Positions 7,466 through 16,850 of a stretch of DNA of 38,175 nucleotides are shown one piece after another. The notes below the pieces were generated by a model. That model was not told the DNA's origin and searched no databases. It saw nothing but the letters and a program-made list of their open reading frames with translations. This DNA comes from Aulosira sp. ZfuVER01 (GTDB taxonomy: Bacteria; Cyanobacteriota; Cyanobacteriia; Cyanobacteriales; Nostocaceae), in assembly GCA_034530615.2 (NCBI GenBank), contig JAVRCV020000077.1, positions 1 to 38,175 on the forward strand, in the 5' to 3' direction. Numbering within the stretch: position 1 is the first letter of the stretch; each line of letters begins with the position of its first letter. The position numbers were made by a program, and so were the translations under genes.

Positions 7466-9385
7466 ATGGAAGCATCTTTTGAAATCACCTTACAGATGGT
7501 GACTGCTGTCGTTGCAGGTATTAGCGCCCAAGTGCTGGCTGCCTATCTCCGGGTACCTAGCATTGTTTTGTTGCTGCTATTAGGCATCTTTTTGGGGTCT
7601 GATGGTATTGGTTTATTGCATCCCCATTTGCTAGGTACGGGTTTGGAAGTTATTGTCGCCCTAGCAACGGCGATAATCTTGTTTGAAGGTGGACTCAACC
7701 TGGATTTACGAGAGTTGGGTAGAGTTTCAGTCAGCCTACAATTACTCGTCACCTTGGGAACGCTAATCACACTGCTGGGTGGGAGTATGGCGGCGCACTG
7801 GTTAGGTGAATTTCCCTGGAATATCGCCTTTCTCTACGCTTCTATAATCGTGGTGACAGGCCCAACCGTCATCAATCCATTACTGAAACAAATAAATGTC
7901 GATCGCCAAGTAGCCACACTGTTAGAAGGCGAAGGCGTTTTAATTGACCCAGTTGGGGCTATTCTGGCTTTCGTTGTCCTCGATACGATTTTAAACGGCG
8001 ATGCAGACCCGCTAAATGCGATTGTCGGGTTACTGATGCGTCTTGCTGTTGGTGGGGCAATTGGCGTTGCGGGCGGTTACTTAATGAGCTTGATTTTCAA
8101 ACGCGCTACTTTCTTGTCTTTTGAACTGAAAAATTTGGTGGTGCTGGCAATACTTTGGGGGCTATTTACGTTAGCGCAAACTATCCGCAGTGAATCGGGA
8201 GTGATGACTACGGTGATTGCAGGCGCAGTATTTGCCAACTCATCAGTACCAGAAGAACGACTTTTGCGGCACTTCAAAGGTCAACTAACCATTCTCAGCG
8301 TTTCTGTACTGTTTATTTTGCTAGCCGCCGACTTATCTATTGCCAGTGTTTTTGCCTTGGGTTGGGGCAGTTTATTCACGGTTTTGGTACTGATGTTTGT
8401 CGTCAGACCAATTAACATCTTGTTGTGTACCTGGAATAGCGACTTGAATTGGCGGCAGAAATTGTTTTTAAGCTGGGTTGCACCGAGAGGAATTGTTGCG
8501 GCTTCTGTTGCGTCTTTATTTGCAATTTCCTTGACCCAACGCGGGATCAACGGGGGTGACGCCATTAAAGCCCTGGTTTTCTTGACAATTATCATGACAG
8601 TTGTCTGTCAGGGACTAACAGCCGGACAAATTGCTAAATGGCTACAAATCACCTCAAAAGAGGCAACTGGGGCAGTTATTGTAGGTTGCAATCCGCTAAG
8701 TCTGTTAATTGCCCGATTCTTTCAAGAACGGGGCGAAAATGTAGTGATGATTGATACAGACCCGGATTGCTTTGCCCAAGCCGAAGCTCAAGATTTGCGG
8801 GTGATTGCTAGCAGCGCCTTGGATACCGCTGTTTTAGAAGAGGCGGGACTGGCTTCTATGGGCACTTTTCTGGCGATGACTAGTAATGGTGAGGTAAACT
8901 TTATCTTGGCGCAACGGGCGGCTGAGGAATTTAATCCGCCGCGTGTATTAGCGGTTTTTCCTCGCGATCCCCAAGCAAATACTTCTGCAACTAGTAAAGT
9001 TAACCAAGCTTTTGTGTCTGACTTGGCAATTAAAACGTGGAATGAATATTTAAATGATGGGCGAGTGAAGTTAGGAACAACGACACTTAATGAGTTGGAA
9101 TTTGCTAGCCAGCAGGATCACATCCAGGAAAAGATTCGGACTGGAGTATTGATACCGTTGTTGGTAGAACGAGAACAACGCTTACAGGTAATGCCCGTTA
9201 ATCAAGAATGGGAAGTGGGCGATCGCATTATTTACCTTTTACACGACCCCAGACCAAATCTTTTAAAACGCTTATCTGGTGCCAATCAGTCTACTCGTCT
9301 ATCTCTAGAAAAGTTACCTGAAGTCGAAGAAGTTCCTCTGGCAAAACTGGCTCAACTTTCCACTAGTGAAGCTTCTGGTAGTTGA
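7466..9385 (+). CDS. CPA1/NhaP-type cation:proton antiporter with C-terminal TrkA-N (RCK) domain
   Basis: About 12 TM segments, motifs ILFEGGL, TGPTV, LEGEGVLIDP and PRGIVAA, then AVIVGCN...VVMIDTD. Confidence 0.92.
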   Translation: MEASFEITLQMVTAVVAGISAQVLAAYLRVPSIVLLLLLGIFLGSDGIGLLHPHLLGTGLEVIVALATAIILFEGGLNLDLRELGRVSVSLQLLVTLGTLITLLGGSMAAHWLGEFPWNIAFLYASIIVVTGPTVINPLLKQINVDRQVATLLEGEGVLIDPVGAILAFVVLDTILNGDADPLNAIVGLLMRLAVGGAIGVAGGYLMSLIFKRATFLSFELKNLVVLAILWGLFTLAQTIRSESGVMTTVIAGAVFANSSVPEERLLRHFKGQLTILSVSVLFILLAADLSIASVFALGWGSLFTVLVLMFVVRPINILLCTWNSDLNWRQKLFLSWVAPRGIVAASVASLFAISLTQRGINGGDAIKALVFLTIIMTVVCQGLTAGQIAKWLQITSKEATGAVIVGCNPLSLLIARFFQERGENVVMIDTDPDCFAQAEAQDLRVIASSALDTAVLEEAGLASMGTFLAMTSNGEVNFILAQRAAEEFNPPRVLAVFPRDPQANTSATSKVNQAFVSDLAIKTWNEYLNDGRVKLGTTTLNELEFASQQDHIQEKIRTGVLIPLLVEREQRLQVMPVNQEWEVGDRIIYLLHDPRPNLLKRLSGANQSTRLSLEKLPEVEEVPLAKLAQLSTSEASGS

Positions 9386-9990
9386 TTAAAGTCGCTGTAC
9401 ATTTCCTTCTCCTGCCACAGCAAAGCCGATAAATGCATTACAGCCAGCAATAGAGCGATGGGCGAAATAATATAACTGTTTAAGGCGTAAAGGTGTTGAA
9501 CAGTTATGGTATTGATTGCGCCTCCTCCAATCAGGATTTCTCGTAATTGTCCACCAATCAAAGGAATTGCTTCGATTGTTCCTAACTCAATACTAAACCG
9601 CCAGTATCCTTGTTGAGTCCAGTCTAGGAGCATTGCTGTCCAATCTAGAGCAATCGCACTCAGGGTAAATAAAATTCCACTAATCCAAGCAGTTAGCCAA
9701 CTCTGGCGAAATTGCCTTCCTAAAAACATCACCACAATTTGAATTAGTGCGATCGCAATTACAGCATTACCAGCAAAATTGTGCGCTTTATGAAATAACC
9801 AACCGTAAGGCACTGCGGTATCAATCATTTTCAATGACCGATAAGCGCCGCCTGCTGTTGGTTCGTAATAAAAAGACAGTAACACTCCAGTAGTGAGGTC
9901 AATCAGGCACAAGGTTAGAATCACGACTGATAATACTGTAGCTAGTCGCCGCAAAATCCTATCAAACTTGGTACTTTGCATGGCTGACAC
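9352..9990 (-). CDS. Cytochrome b6/b N-terminal domain-like membrane protein (divergent PetB paralog)
   Basis: TGVLLSFYYEPT..AYRS...VPYGWL, W.SG...L.WTQQGYW and IEAIPLIG..LRE.L.GG echo cytochrome b6, but two of the four heme His positions are substituted. Confidence 0.85.
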   Translation of the reverse strand: MSAMQSTKFDRILRRLATVLSVVILTLCLIDLTTGVLLSFYYEPTAGGAYRSLKMIDTAVPYGWLFHKAHNFAGNAVIAIALIQIVVMFLGRQFRQSWLTAWISGILFTLSAIALDWTAMLLDWTQQGYWRFSIELGTIEAIPLIGGQLREILIGGGAINTITVQHLYALNSYIISPIALLLAVMHLSALLWQEKEMYSDFNQLPEASLVES

Positions 9991-10069
9991 CTCTTTACAT
10001 GATATAAATGTGTATTATTATTACAATCTTAGCTAAGAAATATTAAGAAAATTTAACCTTTGGATATAC

Positions 10070-10765
10070 TTAAGCCAAATATTGTGCCCACGTTTGGAGG
10101 GTTTCTGGTGAGCCGTACCAAATACCAGGGCTTCTTGGAGAATGTCTGACCCCTTCAATGACAATATTTTCCGCGCCATCAAGATGAGCCGCTGCAATGG
10201 GCGTGATTCCATCTCCCCAAGTGTTGCCTTGACCACATGTTAGTTGATAGCTGCTGTAAGCTAACCAGCTACCAGGTCGCCTTTCTCCAAAAATAGTTTT
10301 GCCAGCTACACAAACGTAACGAACATTTTTGTAAAAAGCTCCAGGGTAATTATTGCTGACAAAGTCCAAGTTCCAGCGTGTCCAGCGTTCTTGGCTAACA
10401 TGAGGTGTACCCAAGGTAATCAAAGTTGCAACTAAAGAATGAGCTTGCCACAGGGAAGATTTGACTTCTCCGCGTCCGAAATAAGGCTTTTCTCCTAAAT
10501 AGATCCGAGATATCCAACCACCTGCTGAATGACCGATCAAGTTAATTTGAGAACTGTTGTATTGCTCTAATATCTGCTTTACTGTGCGATCGAGTTGCCA
10601 CAAAATTGGTGTCACAGGGCTACCACCAAGTAAAGCTATCCAGTCTCGGCGGCGCAAGGGTACTATAACTGTGGGAAAACCCAACTGCTGTAGAGATTTT
10701 TCTAGTTGGCGGTAGGCAATCGCACTTTCTAAATAGCCAGGTAAAATAACTGTAGGTAAAGGCAT
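10070..10765 (-). CDS. Alpha/beta-hydrolase (esterase/lipase, PGAP1-like)
   Basis: Nucleophile elbow LIGHSAGG, TLGTPH, GDGITP and a C-terminal His (GVRHS). Confidence 0.9.
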   Translation of the reverse strand: MPLPTVILPGYLESAIAYRQLEKSLQQLGFPTVIVPLRRRDWIALLGGSPVTPILWQLDRTVKQILEQYNSSQINLIGHSAGGWISRIYLGEKPYFGRGEVKSSLWQAHSLVATLITLGTPHVSQERWTRWNLDFVSNNYPGAFYKNVRYVCVAGKTIFGERRPGSWLAYSSYQLTCGQGNTWGDGITPIAAAHLDGAENIVIEGVRHSPRSPGIWYGSPETLQTWAQYLA

Positions 10766-11077
10766 TGGGAATTATAAAATCAGTTATCAACGCTCAACAG
10801 AAGTTTTAGTTGGAACTGTGCAAGTTATAAAAATTGGACATATTAATTTATCACTTGCTAAGTCGGCAAATGCAACTTTGAAGTACAATATTACTTTATT
10901 ACAAAATTTAAACCTAAAAAAATGGCAAACTGGCCGTTTTGTGTCCAGTATAGAAAGCTATTATTTTTAGAGGGACGCATCTATCTATATTGCGATAGAG
11001 CCGGAAAAATAATTTAGAGCTTGAAAAATAATTTATTGATAGTCAACTGCAACCGAGCCGAGTGAACGATAACAGCT

Positions 11078-12673
11078 ATGTCTTACGTCTCCCTGCTAAA
11101 AAATCTACCAGAAATCTTAACCCAGCCGACTGGGATAGCAGCTATAGCCTCTCTTGGCATCCACGGTGCTATTGCGTTGATTGTGCCATTAGTACCTGTA
11201 GACTCTAATAAACCCAAAGAATCAGCATCATCTAAAACGGTTGGAGTCATGGAATTAAGCCAAGCCGATCAAAGTCGGCTGCCACAAATTCCAGGCTCAT
11301 CTGCACCAATTAATCCACAATCCTCAGTTCTGCTACAACAATCCCAAATGCCGCAACTGGATATGGGTGCTCAATCGAGTTTACCCCCGTTGCCACCGCC
11401 ACCTGCGCCTAGTGCTAGTCAGCTGGTATTACCACCTATCCCCTCATCACCAAATAATTACCGCATTTCCTCTCTGCCCAAACAGCAGTCGTTACGGACA
11501 TATTCCAAGGGAGATTTCCGATTTGATACTTCTGGTTTCAATGCTAATAGCAAATTCACTACACCACCAGCTCCGCGTTTTAATAATAGAGAAATAGCAT
11601 TGGGCGATGCCAAGCCGCTACCTATCAGCAAATTGCCTGTATTACCGGAGGGCAAACTACCAGCTGGGCTGCCAACCTCTCCAGCGCCTCTTCCTGTTGA
11701 CGCTACCCCAGTGACACCAGGATATGGCAACACCACAGCACAAACTACTCAGCCTGGAGATAATGCATCTCAAGTTTTGCAAAACGACCAACTAATAGCT
11801 CGTATTGGAACAACTCCGCAAGCTGGTGATAATTTAACCATAGCTACAGAAGGCTTACAACCGGGAAAACTAGGAACTACACCGAATATATCTAATTCGC
11901 CTGCATTAGGAACAGAAAAGGCGATCGCTCAGATCAATGCTTACGAAGCACTGAGAAAAACAGTTCAGCAAGAATACCCAAATGCTGTAGAAAAAAGTGT
12001 TATCCGTGACACTATTAATACAGATAAACCCGATCTACAAGGTTTAGTATTGGGTCGATTAGTAGTAGACCCTGATGGCAAAGTTCTAGATATCAAGTTT
12101 GAAGGGCAATCAGTATCGCCTGCTTTGCAAGTAAAAGCCAGAGAGTATTTCAGTACTAATCCTCCAAAGGGAGATAAGCAGATTGCTCATCACCCGTTTA
12201 GCCTAGAGTTCAAAAATAACGGCAATAACGCTACTGGAGATACTCAAAAACCTGCACCAGCATCGGCAACAACTCTCAAACCGTTGTTAAATCCGACAAT
12301 CAATAACAGTCAGCCTGTACCTGCATCCGGAACGACTCTCAAACCATTATTAAATTCGACAATCAATAACAGTCAGCCCAAGCCATCAACCAATTCATTA
12401 ATCAATAAATTGCAGTCTGTACCTGCACCCGCGCCGACTGCTAAACCATTGTCCAATTCATTAATCAATAAATTGCAGTCTGTACCTGCACCAGCAACTA
12501 GTCTTAAACCATTAGCTGCTCCTGAATCGACACCAGCAACTAGTCTTAAACCATTAGTTGCACCGAGTAGCAACACAAGCCAGCCAACTCCCACTGTGGA
12601 ATCTGGCAAAAAACTCATACAGCAGTTGCGTGAACTCAAGCAAGAAAGACAAACCGCTGACACAGATAAATAA
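11078..12673 (+). CDS. Membrane-anchored Pro-rich protein with a TonB-C-like domain and C-terminal repeats
   Basis: N-terminal TM containing SLGIHG (TonB-like S...H), a Pro-rich linker, the beta motif GLVLGRLVVDPDGKVLDIK and a repeat tail. Confidence 0.65.
   Translation: MSYVSLLKNLPEILTQPTGIAAIASLGIHGAIALIVPLVPVDSNKPKESASSKTVGVMELSQADQSRLPQIPGSSAPINPQSSVLLQQSQMPQLDMGAQSSLPPLPPPPAPSASQLVLPPIPSSPNNYRISSLPKQQSLRTYSKGDFRFDTSGFNANSKFTTPPAPRFNNREIALGDAKPLPISKLPVLPEGKLPAGLPTSPAPLPVDATPVTPGYGNTTAQTTQPGDNASQVLQNDQLIARIGTTPQAGDNLTIATEGLQPGKLGTTPNISNSPALGTEKAIAQINAYEALRKTVQQEYPNAVEKSVIRDTINTDKPDLQGLVLGRLVVDPDGKVLDIKFEGQSVSPALQVKAREYFSTNPPKGDKQIAHHPFSLEFKNNGNNATGDTQKPAPASATTLKPLLNPTINNSQPVPASGTTLKPLLNSTINNSQPKPSTNSLINKLQSVPAPAPTAKPLSNSLINKLQSVPAPATSLKPLAAPESTPATSLKPLVAPSSNTSQPTPTVESGKKLIQQLRELKQERQTADTDK
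12250..12565 (+). repeat. Intragenic tandem repeats (PASxTTLKPLLNxTINNSQP x2; NSLINKLQSVPAPA x2; PATSLKPL x2)
   Basis: Near-identical DNA copies, e.g. ccaattcattaatcaataaattgcagtctgtacctgcacc twice and caccagcaactagtcttaaaccattag twice. Confidence 0.85.
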
Positions 12674-12881
12674 GCTGTTACGCATTTAAGCTGGATATTT
12701 TCTTGTCTGGGGAGTCAAGAGTCTATAGTCAAAAGTTACTGTAGACTCTTGACTGTGCTGATTTTAGATTTTTTGGTTTATGCCTTGATGCTACTTGAGG
12801 CCAGTTGCCTCAAGTGGTGGGAATAAATTCAAAACCTTACCGTTTACTTTTTAACCTTGATAATTTTCATTATTAGTGAAT

Positions 12882-13262
12882 CTACCAGCCTGTTTCCGCT
12901 TTCTGAAAAACGTAAGCTGCTACCTCCAAAATTTCCTCGCTGCTTAACTTGTTTTTGAAGGAGGGCATAGCATTTTTGCCATTCTGTACCTGGTGGATAA
13001 TTGCTTTAATACCGTCTTGGTTATAATTTTCCAGGTAATCTGACAATGCCTCTTTTTTGAGAGTTTTATGGCTAATGAGGATATTACCGCCACCTATATG
13101 GCAAGAAGAACAATTAGCATCAAAAATTTTACCTCCACCGGATGTTTCGGCAGCTAGTGCTGGAAGAGTGAATGTGAATCTAAATAGAGCGATCGCTAAC
13201 AGTAGTATAAATAAAAGTATTCTCAAGAGATTCTCCTCGCAACAACCATTCGGCAACTGCAA
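12882..13262 (-). CDS. petJ: Cytochrome c6-family protein (petJ-like isoform); true start probably slightly downstream
   Basis: Signal peptide, heme motif CSSCH, GGGN..KTLKKEAL and the axial Met in QVQNGKNAMPSF. Confidence 0.85.
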   Translation of the reverse strand: MQLPNGCCEENLLRILLFILLLAIALFRFTFTLPALAAETSGGGKIFDANCSSCHIGGGNILISHKTLKKEALSDYLENYNQDGIKAIIHQVQNGKNAMPSFKNKLSSEEILEVAAYVFQKAETGW

Positions 13263-13673
13263 AACCTTCTCCTGTAAGTTTTCTACAGCTATTAGAAGCC
13301 TAAGAGATTACCAAATGCTATGTGTACTCTACCCTATGAAGCGCTAATTTCTGTAACGTACAAACTCTATTAAGCGGATAAGCATTTAACTTATATTTTA
13401 TTTAGCTTCGGAAGGCTTTAAGCTATGTTGCTTTGGAGTTGCAGAGTCTGAAGATGAGCAATATCAAAATAGTGAAATATTTTCAGTAAATTTTATTAAA
13501 ATTAGCGGTGACGAGTTTACCCCCTCCATTACCAGGCTTACGCCATCGTCAGCATTTTAGGCAGGGATATGACTCGACACCGCTGATTATCCATAGTGTC
13601 TGTCACTTTAGGATGATGGTGGGCTGCTCTGTGCTAATTTTGCTCAGAAGCAAGGAAAATCATGGAGTGTCAA

Positions 13674-14090
13674 CTATTCGACAACAACTTTACCAACCAT
13701 ACCTGCGCCACGGTGGGGTTCGCAGTAGAAGGTGTATTCACCAGCAGGTGCATCGGCGGGGATGGTGGTTGTCTCTTTTTGACCTGGGCTCATCAACAAG
13801 CTCTTGTGAGATAAAGATTTTGCTAAATCAGCGCTTTTAGCGGGGTTGAGAGCAGCATCAAATACCACATTATGGGGAGGAACTTTGTTGTTCACCCATT
13901 CAATTGTATCGCCTGGTTTAACGGTAATCTTTTTGGGTTCAAATGCTAGCGCTCCTTTATCACTACCTAGTTTCACCTGATAAGTTTCAGCAGATGCGCT
14001 GGGAGTAAAAATAGCAAAGCTGCTAACAACTAAAAGAAGTGTCAAGACAGCTAGGCCAAAGCGCCGCAAGCTTGCCGCAATTAATTTCAT
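13674..14090 (-). CDS. petE: Plastocyanin
   Basis: Copper ligands in PHNVVF and YCEPHRGAGM; signal peptide ends ASA. Confidence 0.98.
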   Translation of the reverse strand: MKLIAASLRRFGLAVLTLLLVVSSFAIFTPSASAETYQVKLGSDKGALAFEPKKITVKPGDTIEWVNNKVPPHNVVFDAALNPAKSADLAKSLSHKSLLMSPGQKETTTIPADAPAGEYTFYCEPHRGAGMVGKVVVE

Positions 14091-14155
14091 GGCGTTCTCC
14101 TAACCAATGGTTTTTATTTTCCCTTTCTTATTTTAAATAAAATCAACGCCAAATA

Positions 14156-14168
14156 TGACAAACTGTCG
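14156..14168. promoter_or_regulatory. Putative PetR operator (GAC-N5-GTC) in the petE promoter
   Basis: TGACAAACTGTCG about 66 bp upstream of petE, near the -35 position of a minus-strand TAAAAT (14130-14135). It matches the PetR consensus as recalled. Confidence 0.6.
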
Positions 14169-14320
14169 TAGATGAATTTTTTTTTAATAATGGACAAGAT
14201 TCAAGAGTAAAAATTTGCGCAATCAGGAAAATATTTGTATAAGCAAGATGACGAAGAAAAATATTATATGGTAGAAATGGAAAGCTAGAATTTTATTTTT
14301 TCTTTATAAAAGCTCCCTGC

Positions 14321-14824
14321 TCAAAAATTTTCCGTACCCCAACCAGGAGCCTTTTGTGCTGCTGTGAGAACGAAAGCCGCTAAACTTTCTACTTGCTCTT
14401 GCGAGAGAAAATTAGGAGTTAGCTGACGACACCAATAAGTTTCTTGACTGCCATCATAGGTCATAGGCTGACGCATGAAGGTAACAAGAGCGTTAATGCG
14501 ATCGCGGGGCGGATTAGCACCCTTGAGTGTTGTCAGAGACAGAGATACTTGAGGATCGGGTAAAGTAGCTCCACCAACGTGACAATTAATACAGTTGGTT
14601 TCAAATAGTTGTTTACCAACAGACAACTCTAATGGTGAAAACATACGAGTATTGCCTTGTTCATCCACATCTAAGGCTATTGGCTCAATGATATGTAAAT
14701 ACCGTCCTATATACGGATCGATATTGGCAGCTTGGGCGGGTAAGGTACTGCTGTGATAAACCACTAAGACAATTACTAGAACCAAGAAGAAATAACGGGT
14801 TAATAATCGATACAGCATCCGCAA
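14321..14824 (-). CDS. psbV2: Photosystem II cytochrome PsbV2
   Basis: CINCHVGG, PPRDRINALV.FMRQPMTYDG and YWCRQ; located downstream of psbV. Confidence 0.93.
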   Translation of the reverse strand: MRMLYRLLTRYFFLVLVIVLVVYHSSTLPAQAANIDPYIGRYLHIIEPIALDVDEQGNTRMFSPLELSVGKQLFETNCINCHVGGATLPDPQVSLSLTTLKGANPPRDRINALVTFMRQPMTYDGSQETYWCRQLTPNFLSQEQVESLAAFVLTAAQKAPGWGTENF

Positions 14825-14978
14825 CCAATGGGAGTATTGAGAGTTCGTTGAAAGGTACTGAGATCTGAGTTCTCAGTCCTGAGTCTTTGAGGAGAAAGGA
14901 TGAAAAGTTGGATATTCCAAATCCTCCAGCCCCTTATTTCAAAACTCAGCACCCAGACCTCAGTACTAATTACTAGCT

Positions 14979-15470
14979 TTAGTAATAAATTTTGCCACCT
15001 CCCCACTTATCGCCAACAACTTTTGGTTGTAGAAGAATATGACCAGCGATCGCTTTCAAATCATCGTCAGTCAGATTTCTCATTTCAGTGAAAATATCTG
15101 CACTCTTGGTGCTGGGGTGTAATTCAGAAATCTCCTCTTCACCGTCATAAGTAGTAGGATTTTTCATATAGTCCACCAAGCCTTCAATATTGTTGCGGTT
15201 TGGTGTTGCGAGAGCTAGTGCTTCTGGCTCAAGTCCCACGTTTTGATTAGTCTTGGTAACGCCTCCTACATGGCATTGAGCGCAAGCGTATTGAAATAAG
15301 CGTTTACCTTCTTTGACTTGTTTCAAGCTTAGTACAAATGTATCACCCTGCTCATTTAATGGTACTGTTCGGGTGGCTGCATCCAGTTCTACTGCTGTCG
15401 CGCTACCGACAATAAACTGAAACGTTAGCAAAACAGTAGCTACAACAACGCCAATTAATCTTCTAAACAT
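14979..15470 (-). CDS. psbV: Cytochrome c-550
   Basis: CAQCHVGGVTKTNQNV, YMKNPTTYDG, ELHPS and KWGGGKIYY. Confidence 0.98.
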   Translation of the reverse strand: MFRRLIGVVVATVLLTFQFIVGSATAVELDAATRTVPLNEQGDTFVLSLKQVKEGKRLFQYACAQCHVGGVTKTNQNVGLEPEALALATPNRNNIEGLVDYMKNPTTYDGEEEISELHPSTKSADIFTEMRNLTDDDLKAIAGHILLQPKVVGDKWGGGKIYY

Positions 15471-15533
15471 TGTTTCCCCTTAAAGATTTTGACACTCAAC
15501 ACAGCTAGTTAGCGTTACTCAATCTCTATGTTG

Positions 15534-15797
15534 CTAATTGTTCTTTGCCATGAGCCATGAACCAAAGCCCCAGATAGCCCTTCTAATGGCTTCGGTATTG
15601 CCCACCAAGTCCCTAGTACCTTGTGGGTATTTCTCAGACAATAATTGCGAAATAATTGCCTTTGCAGCCTCCAAAGCCAAACGGGTCTTTTGGTGTTTAT
15701 CGGCAATTAAGAGTTGCTCGGACAGAGAAAACCCTTTGGCCACAGGAATTCTGTAGTCTGCTGCTATCTCTGCGATCGATAGGTCTGCAAAACCCAT
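15534..15797 (-). CDS. Small protein resembling the IF2 N-terminal domain, commonly found upstream of psbV
   Basis: MGFADLSIAEIAADY.IPV...TRLALE.AKAII; the tail runs through STRR-like repeats. Confidence 0.65.
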   Translation of the reverse strand: MGFADLSIAEIAADYRIPVAKGFSLSEQLLIADKHQKTRLALEAAKAIISQLLSEKYPQGTRDLVGNTEAIRRAIWGFGSWLMAKNN

Positions 15798-16013
15798 AAT
15801 GTTTTGTTAACTGATATATAGAGATTAAGTCGCTGTAATACCAATATCACGTTAAGAGTGCAATTTGTTGCCCAAAATACGGTTCTAGTTCCAGTAGGGA
15901 TCGTGGACGAGGGTAGTGAGGAAGCAGGGGGAGAATGAGGACAAGGGAGGGTGTGTGGGGAGAAGGAGGAAATAAGCAGTGACTTTTAACTCTTGACTTT
16001 TGACAAATGCCTA

Positions 16014-16850
16014 TTATCCCTTGCCACCAGTAAACGTGACACTTTGAATAAAATAGCGGTTGAAAAAGGCGTAGATTCCTAAAGCTGGTAGGGTAAATAC
16101 CATAGAAGCTGCCATGATGTAGTTCCAATAGCTGATGTATTGACCTTTGAAGGTGTTGAGTCCCAAGGGGAGGGTAAACATTTCTGGGTCAAACAAAATG
16201 ACTACAGGTAGCAAAAAATTATTCCAGCTACCCATGAAGACAAAAACTGCTTGTGCTGCTAGGGCGGGTTTGGCTAGGGGTAAGACAATATGCCGAAAAA
16301 TACCCAAGGTATTTAAGCCATCAAGTTGGGCGGCTTCTTCTAATTCCCTAGGAAAATTGACGAAAAACTGCCGCATCATGAAAATGAAGGTAGCATTGAC
16401 CATACTGGGCACGATCATGCCTTGGTAAGAATTTAGCCAACCGATCGCTTTTAAAATCAAAAAGGTAGGAATGAGGGTAATTTGAGCGGGAACGGCTAAG
16501 ACTGTCAAAATCAGCAAGAACCAGAAGCGTTTCCCAGCAAAACGAAGTCTGGCTAAGGCGTAACCTGCCATTGAGTTAAGTAGCAAGTTTAAAATTGTCA
16601 CGCTAACAGCAATTAGCACACTGTTAAATAACCAGCGCCAAAATAAGGGTTCTTGTAAGAATATTTGCTTGTAGTTGTCAAGAGTGAAATTCTGTGGTAG
16701 AAAACTTTGCCCACCACTGACAATTTCTGATAGAGGCTTAAATGATGATGAAAGTGCCCACAAAAAAGGAATCAGAGTGATGACCGCATAGAGTGTGAGT
16801 ATGAGATATAGCAGTACTCTGAGCCAGGAAAAGGGAGAGATTTTAGTCAA
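16014..16850 (-). CDS. Carbohydrate ABC transporter permease (MalG/UgpE-like)
   Basis: EAA motif FPRELEEAAQLDG, WNNFLLP and about 6 TM segments. Confidence 0.95.
   Translation of the reverse strand: MTKISPFSWLRVLLYLILTLYAVITLIPFLWALSSSFKPLSEIVSGGQSFLPQNFTLDNYKQIFLQEPLFWRWLFNSVLIAVSVTILNLLLNSMAGYALARLRFAGKRFWFLLILTVLAVPAQITLIPTFLILKAIGWLNSYQGMIVPSMVNATFIFMMRQFFVNFPRELEEAAQLDGLNTLGIFRHIVLPLAKPALAAQAVFVFMGSWNNFLLPVVILFDPEMFTLPLGLNTFKGQYISYWNYIMAASMVFTLPALGIYAFFNRYFIQSVTFTGGKG

Noticed and set aside
9352..9990. Calling this gene petB
   Set aside because: Heme ligands are substituted, the b6 N-terminus is absent and there is no adjacent petD.
10882..10896. LexA-like box AGTACAATATTACT
   Set aside because: It mismatches the conserved right half-site, and the flanking genes are not SOS-type.
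13508..13840. 110-aa ORF antisense to petE
   Set aside because: It overlaps petE on the opposite strand and has no recognisable motif.
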